From: an uncultured Thalassospira sp.
GTDB lineage: Bacteria; Pseudomonadota; Alphaproteobacteria; Rhodospirillales; Thalassospiraceae
Reading direction: 5' to 3'
Assembly (NCBI RefSeq): GCF_963976115.1
Contig: NZ_CAXBJJ010000013.1
Location: 15,012 to 79,011 of the forward strand
Length of the DNA: 64,000 nt
Every line of letters starts with the position of its first letter. The first letter of the stretch is position 1. Below the pieces are notes generated by a model. That model was not told where the DNA came from. It saw nothing but the letters and a program-made list of their open reading frames with translations, and did not search any database. Below are positions 19,119 to 29,433 of this stretch, piece after piece. Made by a program: the position numbers and the translations under genes.

Positions 19119-19373
19119 TCAATCCTTTTTCATGGGGCCACCATTGTTAAACTGGTTCCAGAATGCCTTTTGCATCTGTTCCCAGTTTTGCATCCCCTGT
19201 GGCAGCCAGGTTTTTAACATGGTTTCCGGGTCCATCGCCTGCAGGTTGACCCGCATCCGGTCTTCAATTTCCTTCATCAGGGCCTGCTGCATGGGTTGAA
19301 CATCCGGCAGCCCAAAAAATGTGCGCAACTCTTCCGGACTGCAATCGATATCAACTGAAATTTTCATATCCAA
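19119..19373 (-). CDS. small conserved hypothetical protein (84 aa)
   Basis: Compact ORF 6 nt upstream of the ferredoxin gene. It resembles a small alphaproteobacterial DUF family, from memory only. Confidence 0.5.
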   Translation of the reverse strand: MDMKISVDIDCSPEELRTFFGLPDVQPMQQALMKEIEDRMRVNLQAMDPETMLKTWLPQGMQNWEQMQKAFWNQFNNGGPMKKD

Positions 19374-19656
19374 ACCTCCTGATTGGTCGTTTTTATTCTA
19401 TGACACTGCTGCTGTATAAATCGTGAAAGCCGCATTATTTCTGCATTCCCCGGCTTTCAGCATCCTTCATCTTCGTCGCATTTGTCTTATATGGCAATTG
19501 TGCATAGCATTTTCCTTTCTTTTCAATAGTTTTGGCCCTATTTTATGAAAATAAGAATTTGCGAATTTAACCTTTCCGGCGCGACATCGCCACATCGCCG
19601 CCATCGTGCGAAGGAACGCTAAACGCAATCCGAACAGCTTGGGACAGCGCGTGATT

Positions 19657-21711
19657 ATGGATATTGGACGCAACAATCTGGGGCAGGAAACCAGTCCCTA
19701 TCTTTTGCAACACCAGACAAATCCGGTTCATTGGCAACCCTGGTCCGAACAGGTCCTTGCCGCCGCACAAGCCGCCAATAAACCGATCCTGCTATCGGTT
19801 GGCTATGCCGCCTGCCACTGGTGCCATGTCATGGCCCACGAAAGTTTCGAGGACCCCGACATCGCCGCGCTGATGAACGACCTGTTCATCAATATCAAAC
19901 TTGACCGTGAAGAACGGCCAGACCTTGATGCCCTGTATCAAAATGCACTGGCATTGCTGGGACAACAGGGCGGATGGCCGCTCACCATGTTCCTGACCCC
20001 CAAAGGCGACCCCTTTTGGGGGGGAACCTATTTTCCCAAGCAGGCCAAATATGGGCGCCCGGGATTTGACAATGTTTTAAAATCCGTCGCCAATATCTAT
20101 ACCAGCGAGCCTGACAACGTCACCCATAACGTCAAGCAGATCAATACCGCCCTTTTACGCCTGAACAACACACGTAGCGGCGACGTTCCTCTGCTTGAAA
20201 CCATCGACGAATTTGGTAAAAGCAGCCTGCAGCTGATGGATCTGGAAAATGGTGGCACCAAAGGCGCACCCAAATTTCCCCAACCGACCCTGCTGGCGTT
20301 TTTATGGCGTATCGCTTCGCGCACCGGCGACGAAAACCTGCAAAATGCCGTCACCCTGACGCTGGATCGCATGTCGCAAGGGGGCATTTACGACCATCTG
20401 GGCGGCGGTTATGCCCGCTATAGCGTCGATGACCAATGGCTGGTGCCGCATTTTGAAAAGATGCTGTATGACAACGCCCTGCTGATCGAAATGCTGTGCG
20501 ATGCCTGGCGTATTACGGCCAATCCGCTTTATGCGCGCCGGATCGAGGAAACGATAAGCTGGATTCTGCGCGAAATGCGGGTTTCGGGCGGGGCCTTTGC
20601 CGCCAGCCTTGATGCCGATAGCGAAGGCGAAGAAGGCAAGTTTTATGTCTGGGACGTATCCGACATCGAAAATCTGCTCGGCGCACAGGAAGCGTCCCTG
20701 TTTAATCGCTATTACGATGTCAGCGACGCAGGCAACTGGGAAGGACACACCATCCTCAACCGCACGGCATCGGGATTAACGCTGGCCGATGACGAAACCG
20801 AAACGGCCCTTGCCAAAATGCGCCAAACCCTGCTGGCAAGCCGCGCCAAACGCATTCGTCCGGGGTGGGATGACAAGGTCCTGACGGACTGGAACGCAAT
20901 GACGATTGCCGCCCTGTGCGAAGCGGCAATGACATTTCGACGTGCCGACTGGCTGGATTATGCCAAACTGGCCTATAATTTTATCAAGCAAACCCTTGGC
21001 AATGAGGACGGATTATTACACAGCTATCGGGCTGGCCGAGCGCAACATGCCGGAATGCTCGAAGACTATGCCCATATGATCCGCGCGGCCTTGCGACTTT
21101 ATGAAATTTCAGGTTCCGCATCCTGTCTGCACGACGCCATCAGCTGGAGCGAACAGGTCGAAAACCAGTTTGCCGACAAAAAACAAGGGGGCTATTTCCA
21201 GTCTGCGGCCAACAGCAATGATCTGGTTGTGCGCGGCAAACCGGTTACGGATGGTGCGGTTCCTTCGGGCAATGGCATTATGGTGCAAAATCTGGCGCGG
21301 CTTTATGCGCTAACCGGTGATACCCGCTATCAAACCCGGGCTGAAACCACCCTGGCCTGCTTTGGCGGCCGCCTGCGCGACCAGTTCCCCTCGATGCCAG
21401 GGCTGCTGCTTGGCGCAGAAATGCTGCAAAACCCGGTCCAGATCGTTATTTTGGCCCCCATTGGCAGTGCCGATTTATATGAAATGCGCCGGGCCGTCTT
21501 TGCCACCTATCTGCCAAACCGGGCATTAACCCTTCTGGGTGAAGATAACAACCTGCCCCAAAGCCATCCTGCCTTTGGTAAAACCCGAATTGATAACCAA
21601 GCAACCGCCTATATCTGCCAGGGGTCGGTTTGCTCCGCCCCGATTACCGATATAGATGCATTGGTAAATCATCTAAATGATATCGCCAAAGGCAAAGACC
21701 AAGGCAAATAA
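19657..21711 (+). CDS. thioredoxin-domain protein YyaL/DUF255 (N-acylglucosamine-2-epimerase-like fold)
   Basis: SPYLLQH..NPV.W.PW......A...NKPI.LS.GY..CHWCHVM..ESFED motif. Start preferred at 19657. Confidence 0.85.
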   Translation: MDIGRNNLGQETSPYLLQHQTNPVHWQPWSEQVLAAAQAANKPILLSVGYAACHWCHVMAHESFEDPDIAALMNDLFINIKLDREERPDLDALYQNALALLGQQGGWPLTMFLTPKGDPFWGGTYFPKQAKYGRPGFDNVLKSVANIYTSEPDNVTHNVKQINTALLRLNNTRSGDVPLLETIDEFGKSSLQLMDLENGGTKGAPKFPQPTLLAFLWRIASRTGDENLQNAVTLTLDRMSQGGIYDHLGGGYARYSVDDQWLVPHFEKMLYDNALLIEMLCDAWRITANPLYARRIEETISWILREMRVSGGAFAASLDADSEGEEGKFYVWDVSDIENLLGAQEASLFNRYYDVSDAGNWEGHTILNRTASGLTLADDETETALAKMRQTLLASRAKRIRPGWDDKVLTDWNAMTIAALCEAAMTFRRADWLDYAKLAYNFIKQTLGNEDGLLHSYRAGRAQHAGMLEDYAHMIRAALRLYEISGSASCLHDAISWSEQVENQFADKKQGGYFQSAANSNDLVVRGKPVTDGAVPSGNGIMVQNLARLYALTGDTRYQTRAETTLACFGGRLRDQFPSMPGLLLGAEMLQNPVQIVILAPIGSADLYEMRRAVFATYLPNRALTLLGEDNNLPQSHPAFGKTRIDNQATAYICQGSVCSAPITDIDALVNHLNDIAKGKDQGK

Positions 21712-21733
21712 ATTGGTTTTTTTACGATTACAG

Positions 21734-21766
21734 ATTACCGGATTTTCTTAAATCCGGTAATTTTCT
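21734..21766 (+). terminator. intrinsic terminator (ATTACCGGATTT-tctt-AAATCCGGTAAT plus TTTT)
   Basis: Read directly, downstream of the yyaL-like gene. Confidence 0.7.
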
Positions 21767-21933
21767 GCAACTGCCACAGAAAATTTTTGAGCTGCAAAAG
21801 GCCAGATCATACCAGTGGTCGTAATTGGGCATAACCATCGCAAATCGCTTGCAAGGCCGATCTTAAAAACGGCATATAAATGGGATCACAGTGACTTGAA
21901 TGCCCTGATTTTCAACCGACAGGAGCCACAACA

Positions 21934-22431
21934 ATGCCCCAGATTTCCATCAATAGCCCGGTCGGTGCACTGACCGTCTTTGAATTTGACGATCAGATTG
22001 TGTCGCTGGACTGGGGTTTTGTCGAAGAGATGGAAACCAGCCCGGTGCTCGACGAGGCAAAATCGCAGATCAACGCCTATTTTGCCAAAAAACTGCTGCG
22101 TTTTGACTTGCCTCTGGCCCCGGGTGGCACCGCTTTTCAAGCCGCCGTTTGGGCGGCGATGTGCGACATTCCGCTGGGCCAAACGGCCACCTATCAGGAT
22201 CTGGCCCGTGCTGCCGGATCACCAAAGGGATTTCGCGCAGTCGGCATGGCCTGTGGCAAAAACCCCATCCCCATTCTCATCCCCTGCCATCGTGTGCTGG
22301 CAGCCGGGGGGAAACCGGGGGGATATTCCGGCGATGGCGGGCTGGAAACCAAGGAAATGTTGCTTAAACTTGAAGGGGTTGATCTTTATCCCGCATCAAA
22401 AACCAGCAAACAAACCGCCTTTGACCTTTGA
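21934..22431 (+). CDS. ogt: methylated-DNA-protein-cysteine methyltransferase
   Basis: Active-site IPCHRV motif and upstream GQTATYQDLA. Confidence 0.88.
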   Translation: MPQISINSPVGALTVFEFDDQIVSLDWGFVEEMETSPVLDEAKSQINAYFAKKLLRFDLPLAPGGTAFQAAVWAAMCDIPLGQTATYQDLARAAGSPKGFRAVGMACGKNPIPILIPCHRVLAAGGKPGGYSGDGGLETKEMLLKLEGVDLYPASKTSKQTAFDL

Positions 22432-22623
22432 TGCGGCTAATTTTGAAGCAGCCTGTTTTGGCTTAAAAAGCAATATAGCACGTCGGTTTCAAGCAGTTTT
22501 GGCTAAATTTGATCATATATAGACATCTAATGCCAAATTTCATTAGTCAGAAACTGTAACCGCCACAACCGCCATCTTCAGCGCGTAAACGGGCTTTTAC
22601 CAAGCCCGTTCCCTTTCACCACC

Positions 22624-23193
22624 TTAAGAACCAGTTCTTTCGGCCTCGCCCGCATGCCATGCCCGCACATCGCGAATGATCGCATCAAAGCGGTCGCTTA
22701 ACCCCTGACTGACACTGCGACACGGGGCAACAACATTTTCAGCCCAGTCGGCATATTGCAAAATCTGTGACCGATCCCAACCAATCGGCGTATCGGTCAA
22801 CATCGCACCCACATTGGCAATTTTATCGGCCAAACGGACCAGCTTGGCATCGTTGCTAAGTTTCGGTGCCATTTGAATTTGCATCGCCTTGCGCTCATCA
22901 CGCGGCAGGGCTTTATCATCACTAACTTCCAAAACGATATTTGCGATGTTTTCATTAAAACAGGCCAAAATTTCGCCGTGCGTCGCGCCACAATCCTCGA
23001 TCACGTCATGTAATATGGCAGCACATAGCACATCTTCGGCGGTAGCTGGTTCGCATTCAACGATCAAACGCGACACTTCAATCGGATGGTTGATATAGGG
23101 TTCCCGGGCCGGCCCCTTGCGTCGCTGATCGCGATGAGCACGGGCGGCAAAGTCAACAGATTTTAAAAGAAGCTGCATCGTCCTGACGGTCAT
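22624..23193 (-). CDS. HD-domain protein, small alarmone ((p)ppGpp) hydrolase-like
   Basis: A..AH..QRRK......PYI.HP.EV and AAILHDVIEDCG are the SpoT/Mesh1-type HD motifs. Confidence 0.7.
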   Translation of the reverse strand: MTVRTMQLLLKSVDFAARAHRDQRRKGPAREPYINHPIEVSRLIVECEPATAEDVLCAAILHDVIEDCGATHGEILACFNENIANIVLEVSDDKALPRDERKAMQIQMAPKLSNDAKLVRLADKIANVGAMLTDTPIGWDRSQILQYADWAENVVAPCRSVSQGLSDRFDAIIRDVRAWHAGEAERTGS

Positions 23194-23342
23194 TGTGAAT
23201 ACATAGCTGTTAACGTCCCACGACTTTTAAAATGCTGCAAGTGCCGATCTGCGTGCGCAACGCAATACCGCTTATAATCCCCCTCACCCTGTCCTTAAAC
23301 TATGACCTTTGACATTGTAACCTGGCGGATCACATCGCAAAA

Positions 23343-23358
23343 TGTTTCCCGTGAAACA
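23343..23358. promoter_or_regulatory. parS-like site TGTTTCCCGTGAAACA (1 mismatch)
   Basis: Read directly, downstream of rho. Confidence 0.55.
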
Positions 23359-23378
23359 ATTTGCCAAAATCCAGACAT

Positions 23379-23407
23379 AAAAAAACGGGGCCCAAACCAG
23401 ACCCCGT
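23379..23407 (-). terminator. rho gene terminator (ACGGGG...CCCCGT plus T7 on the minus strand)
   Basis: Read directly. Confidence 0.7.
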
Positions 23408-23453
23408 TTTAATTCATTCTGATCAACAGGCCGGATATTCCAGCCCCACCGGT

Positions 23454-24719
23454 TTACCCGTTCATTGAATCGAAGAAATCGTCGTTATTCTTGGTCGATT
23501 TAAGTTTACCAAGCAGGAATTCCATCGCGTCCTGCGGACCCATCGGGTTGAGGATACGGCGCAGAACCCACATTTTGGACAATTCGCTTTTGCCAACCAG
23601 CAATTCTTCCTTACGGGTACCCGATTTAAGGATATCAATCGCCGGGAAGATACGTTTATCCGCCAGTTTGCGATCGAGAATAAGTTCGGAGTTCCCCGTA
23701 CCTTTAAACTCTTCAAAGATGACTTCATCCATGCGCGAGCCGGTATCGATCAGGGCGGTTGCAATAATCGTCAGCGATCCACCTTCTTCGATGTTACGCG
23801 CAGCACCAAAGAAACGTTTTGGCCGTTGCAAGGCATTTGCATCGACACCACCGGTCAAAACCTTGCCTGAGCTAGGCACAACGGTGTTGTATGCACGCGC
23901 CAGACGGGTAATCGAATCGAGCAGGATGACAACATCATGCTTGTGCTCAACCAGGCGCTTGGCCTTTTCCAGGACCATTTCGGTCACCTGAACGTGGCGC
24001 TGTGCCGGTTCGTCAAAGGTCGAGCTGATCACTTCGCCTTTTACCGACCGGTCCATGTCGGTCACTTCTTCCGGGCGTTCGTCAATCAGAAGAACGATCA
24101 GATAGGCTTCCGGATGGTTTTCCTCGATCGCGTGGGCAATATTTTGCAGCATCACGGTTTTACCGGTGCGCGGCGGTGCCACGATCAGGGCACGCTGACC
24201 TTTACCCAACGGCGACACAAGTTCGATCACCCGGTTGGTGATGTCCCTGTTATTGCCGTCCTGATCGACATTACGCTCCATTTTCAGGGGCTGATCAGGG
24301 TAAAGCGGGGTCAGATTATCAAAATTGATGCGATGACGGACTTTTTCCGGCGCATCAAAATTGACCTTGTCGACTTTCAGCAGGGCAAAATAACGCTCGC
24401 CCTCTTTCGGGGACCGGATCTGCCCTTCCACCGTGTCACCGGTGCGCAGAGCAAACCGGCGAACCTGACTTGGTGAGACATAAATATCATCCGGTCCGGC
24501 CAGATAATTGGCTTCCGGGCTCCGCAAAAAGCCAAAACCATCAGGCAATACTTCCAGAACGCCCTCGCCATAAATGGCATGGTCGTTTTCTGCAAGCTGC
24601 TTGAGAATGGCAAACATCAGCTCCTGCTTACGCAAGGTGCTGGCATTTTCGATTTCGAGCTCTTCCGAAAGGGCAAGAAGCTCGGTCGGAGATTTAAGTT
24701 TCAGGTCCTGGAGATGCAT
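23454..24719 (-). CDS. rho: transcription termination factor Rho
   Basis: 421 aa. GFGFLR, PPRTGKT Walker A, and the full collinear Rho pattern. Confidence 0.97.
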   Translation of the reverse strand: MHLQDLKLKSPTELLALSEELEIENASTLRKQELMFAILKQLAENDHAIYGEGVLEVLPDGFGFLRSPEANYLAGPDDIYVSPSQVRRFALRTGDTVEGQIRSPKEGERYFALLKVDKVNFDAPEKVRHRINFDNLTPLYPDQPLKMERNVDQDGNNRDITNRVIELVSPLGKGQRALIVAPPRTGKTVMLQNIAHAIEENHPEAYLIVLLIDERPEEVTDMDRSVKGEVISSTFDEPAQRHVQVTEMVLEKAKRLVEHKHDVVILLDSITRLARAYNTVVPSSGKVLTGGVDANALQRPKRFFGAARNIEEGGSLTIIATALIDTGSRMDEVIFEEFKGTGNSELILDRKLADKRIFPAIDILKSGTRKEELLVGKSELSKMWVLRRILNPMGPQDAMEFLLGKLKSTKNNDDFFDSMNG

Positions 24720-24947
24720 ATGTGCGTATGATGATCTGTGATTGCCGGGGATAAGGGCGAATGGGTCAGGAGGGGCGATTTTTGAGTGCAGTTTCCTGTG
24801 ACGTATTAAAAAATACGCCGTTGAGAGACCGAAAATAAACCGCTGATTGCGTAAGGTAGGAATGTTTCGTGCAAGAATACTGAAACACGAGAAACTGATA
24901 ACGCCGATTCAACGATTAGTCAAACCGGTTTGAGCAAAACACCCGTT

Positions 24948-24973
24948 GTCAATGTGATTGAGGTCACATTGAC
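24948..24973. promoter_or_regulatory. perfect palindrome GTCAATGTGA-N6-TCACATTGAC (CRP-type TGTGA-N6-TCACA core)
   Basis: Read directly, about 230 nt upstream of the rho start codon. Confidence 0.3.
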
Positions 24974-24981
24974 GGACTTTT

Positions 24982-25116
24982 TCAACCGCGTTCCTGCATA
25001 ATTCGCAAAATACGCGTCACTTGATCCTGATTTAATCCCGCAATGCGTTCGACCCGCAAATTGGCAAGTTCGGTCGCTACGGGTTCACGACCAGGACTAT
25101 CAACTGTCACCTTGGG
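24982..25116 (-). pseudogene. 3' relic of an XRE-family regulator paralog
   Basis: PKVTVDSPGREPVATELANLRVERIAGLNQDQVTRILRIM parallels the C-terminus of the intact gene at 27465-27824 (PKVTVDTAGLDPEATELANLLAERIAGLSDDQLTRMLNII). No HTH part is present. Confidence 0.6.
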
Positions 25117-25169
25117 AAAGGGCCCCTTGCCCTGTCCCAATATCAGATTTCCGATCGATTGCGAAAGGA

Positions 25170-27227
25170 TCAAACAACTTTGTCCTCAGCTACAGATTTA
25201 AGAAATCCCTCAATCTCGGTGCGCAGGTCAGTCGAGACACCTGTCACACTTTCACATGCCCGCATAAGGTTCTTTACCGCAAGATCAGCCTGTTCGGTTG
25301 CGGCACTGACATCGGCGATATTGCGCGAGACCTCACCTGTGCCGCTCGCAGCGCGTTCAACATTGCAAGCAATTTCAGATGTGGCAGCCTGTTGTTCATT
25401 GACCGCAGCCGACAGCGAAGCAGAGGTGGTATCAAGTTCTTCAATCCGTGATCCGATACGGTGAAAAGCGCTGATAGCGTCTTCGGTTGCAGCTTGCAAA
25501 CTGCTGATATGACCAGTGATTTCGCCAGTAGCCTTTGACGTCTGACTAGCAAGATTTTTAACCTCGCCAGCAACCACCGCAAAACCCTTGCCGGCCTCGC
25601 CCGCACGAGCAGCCTCAATCGTTGCATTCAGCGCCAGCAAATTGGTCTGATTGGCAATATCTCCAATTAGGCCGATGACTTCGCCAATTCTATTAGCCGC
25701 TTCCCTGAGCGTATTGGCAATGCCATCGGCATCACGCGCATCCTTGGCTGCCTCGGACGTCGCGCTGGAAGCAGCTTCAATCTGGCGAGAGATTTCAAGG
25801 ATCGAATTCGCAAGTTCCTCGGTCGCAGCGGAGACCGCCGAAACGTTGCTTGAGGCTTCTTCAGCGTTGCTGGCAACCATAACAGCCCGGTCACGAGTTT
25901 GAGAAACGGCGTTGTTCATTTCGATTGATGTAGCGCGCAAATCATTACTTGCCTGCCCAACCGCACCAAGCAGGCTATCAACGTTGGTGTGGAAAGCACC
26001 GGTCAGGCTTTCAATTCGTGCGGCATGAGCGTGTCGCGCGGCCTGTTCAGCTTCACGTTGACGAACCATGTCGCGGTTTTCTTCAAGATTTACGCGAAAG
26101 AATTCGACCGAACGCGCCATATCGCCAACTTCATCGCCCCGATCCTGGCCGGTAACTTTCTGGCTAAGGTTACCGGCAGTAAGAGCAGTCATGCATTCTA
26201 TCATATCCCGGATTGGAATTGTAACGCTGCGCCCCACAGCAAATACCAACCCGCAGGCAAGCGCGACGACCAGAAAAAGACCAGCCAGTGTCGCATAAAA
26301 AAAGGTTTGCGCGATGGCAAGCTTATCATCCGCACGTAGCACGAGCTGGCTCGCAATATGATATTCTACTGTCTTGTAAAGATTAATCTTCCGAGTAATA
26401 GTGGCAAACCAGTCGGAGCCGGAAATGCCATTTGTCGTAGCTGTCACCGGATAATCCAGGGCAACAGCACGCAAATCGGCTACCTTTGCAACCGCCGGAT
26501 CATCCATCGTCTTATTATAAAAACTGCTCAGTTCGGGATTGGCGAATTCCTTGAACACCGACAGATAACCATTTTGTAAGGTAATCAATTCAACAAAGTG
26601 GCGATACAAGGTCGATTCGAATTTCCCCATGCCAAAGCCGACCGCACCGGTTGCACGTTCCAGCCCCGCACGTTCCTTAGCCTGCATGAAATTATTATAG
26701 GCAGCAATAAAACGCAGAATTTCAGGGTCATTGCTAAGCTGCCCGGCAGCATTGACAGTTGCCAGCATGCTCGTGATGATCCCAGAGTAAAAGCGAACGG
26801 CATCAGGCACCTGAAGATCAAGACCATCAACTGCACTTCGTGTTTTGGGAATCTGATCTATCAGCCGGGAAAAGGCCGTAATTTTTGATCTAAATTCAGA
26901 ATCGTAACGGTCCATGTCGAAATCAGAAAGGGCATCATGCAAGGCGTCGATTTTCTGATCCGAAAGATTACGCTGCTCTTTGAGCTGGAGGCCGAATTCT
27001 TGCCCACGCGAGCCGATAAAACCAGCCGACGCACCGCGTTCTTTTTGCAATTCATGAACCGTCTCTCCGATTTCACCAGCCAACGAAGCCAGCCCGCGAA
27101 TTTTACTCAGTTCGTTCATTTCCTGGTAACGCGCACCAATCACAAACAACGACAATACCAACAGGGCGATTACTGGCGGCACCAGTGAAATGGCAAGTTT
27201 CGATCCGATACGAATGTCGCTAAACAT
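25170..27227 (-). CDS. methyl-accepting chemotaxis protein with an N-terminal NIT (nitrate/nitrite-sensing type) domain and a HAMP domain
   Basis: [17 protein letters not shown] is the NIT signature. Two TM segments, HAMP, and the conserved signalling hairpin [35 protein letters not shown]. Confidence 0.9.
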   Translation of the reverse strand: MFSDIRIGSKLAISLVPPVIALLVLSLFVIGARYQEMNELSKIRGLASLAGEIGETVHELQKERGASAGFIGSRGQEFGLQLKEQRNLSDQKIDALHDALSDFDMDRYDSEFRSKITAFSRLIDQIPKTRSAVDGLDLQVPDAVRFYSGIITSMLATVNAAGQLSNDPEILRFIAAYNNFMQAKERAGLERATGAVGFGMGKFESTLYRHFVELITLQNGYLSVFKEFANPELSSFYNKTMDDPAVAKVADLRAVALDYPVTATTNGISGSDWFATITRKINLYKTVEYHIASQLVLRADDKLAIAQTFFYATLAGLFLVVALACGLVFAVGRSVTIPIRDMIECMTALTAGNLSQKVTGQDRGDEVGDMARSVEFFRVNLEENRDMVRQREAEQAARHAHAARIESLTGAFHTNVDSLLGAVGQASNDLRATSIEMNNAVSQTRDRAVMVASNAEEASSNVSAVSAATEELANSILEISRQIEAASSATSEAAKDARDADGIANTLREAANRIGEVIGLIGDIANQTNLLALNATIEAARAGEAGKGFAVVAGEVKNLASQTSKATGEITGHISSLQAATEDAISAFHRIGSRIEELDTTSASLSAAVNEQQAATSEIACNVERAASGTGEVSRNIADVSAATEQADLAVKNLMRACESVTGVSTDLRTEIEGFLKSVAEDKVV

Positions 27228-27464
27228 CTTATTTCCCCAGAACGAAAATAATATTGATTATAAATCAGACAGCGAAAATCGCTGCCGCCCGGCAAGGCAA
27301 GCCGGTTCCGATAGCCTTTATATAATTATTAAAATTCTATGTATTTGATCTAACACCATAAAGCGGTGTGAAATAAATATTATGATGCAAAATTATCAAT
27401 CAAGCAGACATGAACCTATTTTTGTGTTTAGACCCGATTACGATTTATCATTGCCGGAACGCGA

Positions 27465-27824
27465 TTATTCTGGATATTCGCGAATGATATTGAGCATACG
27501 AGTAAGTTGATCATCACTTAACCCGGCAATGCGTTCGGCCAACAGATTGGCCAATTCGGTGGCTTCCGGATCAAGCCCTGCGGTATCAACAGTAACTTTT
27601 GGATGAGAAAGCTGGGCAAGACGTTTGATTTCGTCCACCTCGTCCCATGCCAGGTTAAAATAACCGCAAATCTGCTGCACAAGACCGGGGCTTGGCCGCC
27701 CCCGGTGCCCATGCTCCAATGCCGAAAGATAGGCAGGCGACAATTGCAGGGCATTTGCCATTTCGGTCAGGGTTACATTCTGGCGCGTTCGCAATTCGCG
27801 AATACGATTGCCAAAAGGTGTCAC
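27465..27824 (-). CDS. XRE-family helix-turn-helix transcriptional regulator
   Basis: FGNRIRELR...VTLTEMANALQLSPAYLSALEHG. I place the start at GTG 27824, which overlaps the smr stop as GTGA. The ORF-track ATG at 27932 would overlap smr by 110 nt. Confidence 0.7.
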   Translation of the reverse strand: MTPFGNRIRELRTRQNVTLTEMANALQLSPAYLSALEHGHRGRPSPGLVQQICGYFNLAWDEVDEIKRLAQLSHPKVTVDTAGLDPEATELANLLAERIAGLSDDQLTRMLNIIREYPE

Positions 27825-28489
27825 ACGCGTCTCCGTTTCAACAAAACATAAAAGGCACCGGCCCCGCCATGCCCGATCTGCGCCTGGCTTACTGCCAATA
27901 TATGCGGGCGCAAACGCGGTGCACTTAACCATTGTGGCAAACGCTGCCGCAAAAGGCCGGTGCGGCCATATTCATCTGCGCGGCTGCCTTTGCCAGTAAT
28001 GACCAGAACGCAACGCTTGTCACTGCGCCACGCCATCTCAATAAAAGAATTCAGGGCGTGGTGGGCCACTTCCTGGGTCATGCCATGCAAATCGATCCGG
28101 CCTTCAATCGCCATGCGGCCTTTTTTAAATTTATCGGCGGTCGATTTATCAATCCCGGCGGTTTTGCCGGTTTGTAATTCTTCCAGACCCTTGGCCTTGG
28201 CACCGGGTTTACGGTCGGCATCGCGGGCAGATGGCAAATTACGCGCCAGACGGGCCGCCTCGGAGCGGGCAATTTCATCGCCCAGCGATGCCGTTGGCGG
28301 CAAGGCCGTTTCACCCCCCGATATGGGGGCATCTCTGCCAAGCCCATCCTCAAACGCCTGGGCATCTTCATCACGCCAACCTTTACGACGCGCGCGCAAA
28401 GGCACGACATCCTGCGTGAAAGCCTGCCAAAGGGCTTTCTCCGAGTCTGTCACAGCGCGGCGCTTTCGGTGGTTTTTTCGATCTGTCAT
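27821..28489 (-). CDS. smr: Smr (MutS2-like small nuclease) domain protein
   Basis: The C-terminal IDLHGMTQEVA...VLVITGKG...GLLRQRLPQWL......GGAGAFYVLL is the Smr domain. Confidence 0.8.
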   Translation of the reverse strand: MTDRKNHRKRRAVTDSEKALWQAFTQDVVPLRARRKGWRDEDAQAFEDGLGRDAPISGGETALPPTASLGDEIARSEAARLARNLPSARDADRKPGAKAKGLEELQTGKTAGIDKSTADKFKKGRMAIEGRIDLHGMTQEVAHHALNSFIEMAWRSDKRCVLVITGKGSRADEYGRTGLLRQRLPQWLSAPRLRPHILAVSQAQIGHGGAGAFYVLLKRRRV

Positions 28490-28590
28490 TGGCTAACATA
28501 TAGCCGCATTGATTTAAAAATGCACCGCCGGGAAACAGGTAAATCATGCGAAATTTACCAAAAATCCGATCAAAACAGCCCACATCCAAT

Positions 28591-28617
28591 AAAAAACCGG
28601 AGGCGCAAGGCCCCCGG
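28591..28617 (-). terminator. lut operon terminator (imperfect GC hairpin plus T6 on the minus strand)
   Basis: Read directly: aaaaaaccggaggcgcaaggcccccgg. Confidence 0.5.
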
Positions 28618-28680
28618 CCCTTAAAATCTGGCACCGGCCTGGATAAATACCGGCATCAGACACGAACAGGCAAAGATCCG

Positions 28681-29418
28681 TTAAACCGGCTTGTCAACCG
28701 CCTTTTCCGCCGTAACATTCCCGGCATCATCAACCAGAATAATATGCAGACGGCGCGGGCCATGCGCCCCCAGCTGCAAGGTCTGTTCAATATCGCCCGT
28801 CCGCGAGGGGCCGGTCACCCACAAAAACGTGCGGGGCATGGTGCCCCGGCCCTGGCTTTGCCGTTGCAACCCCCACACGTCTTCATAGGTGCCAACAATC
28901 TGGCTGGCACGGATAACCACAATATGGGTGTCAGGCAGCATATTAAGCGTATAGGGCTGCTCCGGGCCGGATCGCAGCATCAGACTGCCGGTTTCGGCCA
29001 CACCGGCAAATGCCGGCGTCACACTGACCAGATCCTGCGGCCTGGCAATGCCCGTTGATATTTCCAGCGTCGTTTTATTCCAATCCAGCCCGGCAATAAA
29101 CGAATCCGATGCCAGGCGCACCACCGCAGGCTGATTATGCTCGGCAAGATAGCGCGATACTTCGCCAACAATGGCATCGTTATTGTCAATCCGGCGAACA
29201 CTGGCATTCACGTCTTCGGCCATTTTGACAAACAGGTTTACCTGCTGATCATGGGGGATTTGTGCCCGGGCGGGAATAACATTGCGCGGCGGATTGCCAA
29301 GCCGGGCAACAATTTCGGCCGGGGCATCCTGCGGGCCGGAATCCCGGCCCAGATTTTTACGAATACGCCCCAAAATCGCATTTCGCGACGGGGATGACGA
29401 CGAGGATGACTGGGTCAT
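28681..29418 (-). CDS. lutC: lactate utilization protein C (LUD domain)
   Basis: Position after lutB, plus a LUD-type C-terminus (GPSRTGDIE..L..GAHGPR.L). Confidence 0.75.
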   Translation of the reverse strand: MTQSSSSSSPSRNAILGRIRKNLGRDSGPQDAPAEIVARLGNPPRNVIPARAQIPHDQQVNLFVKMAEDVNASVRRIDNNDAIVGEVSRYLAEHNQPAVVRLASDSFIAGLDWNKTTLEISTGIARPQDLVSVTPAFAGVAETGSLMLRSGPEQPYTLNMLPDTHIVVIRASQIVGTYEDVWGLQRQSQGRGTMPRTFLWVTGPSRTGDIEQTLQLGAHGPRRLHIILVDDAGNVTAEKAVDKPV

Positions 29419-29433
29419 TTTAACGCTCCGGGA

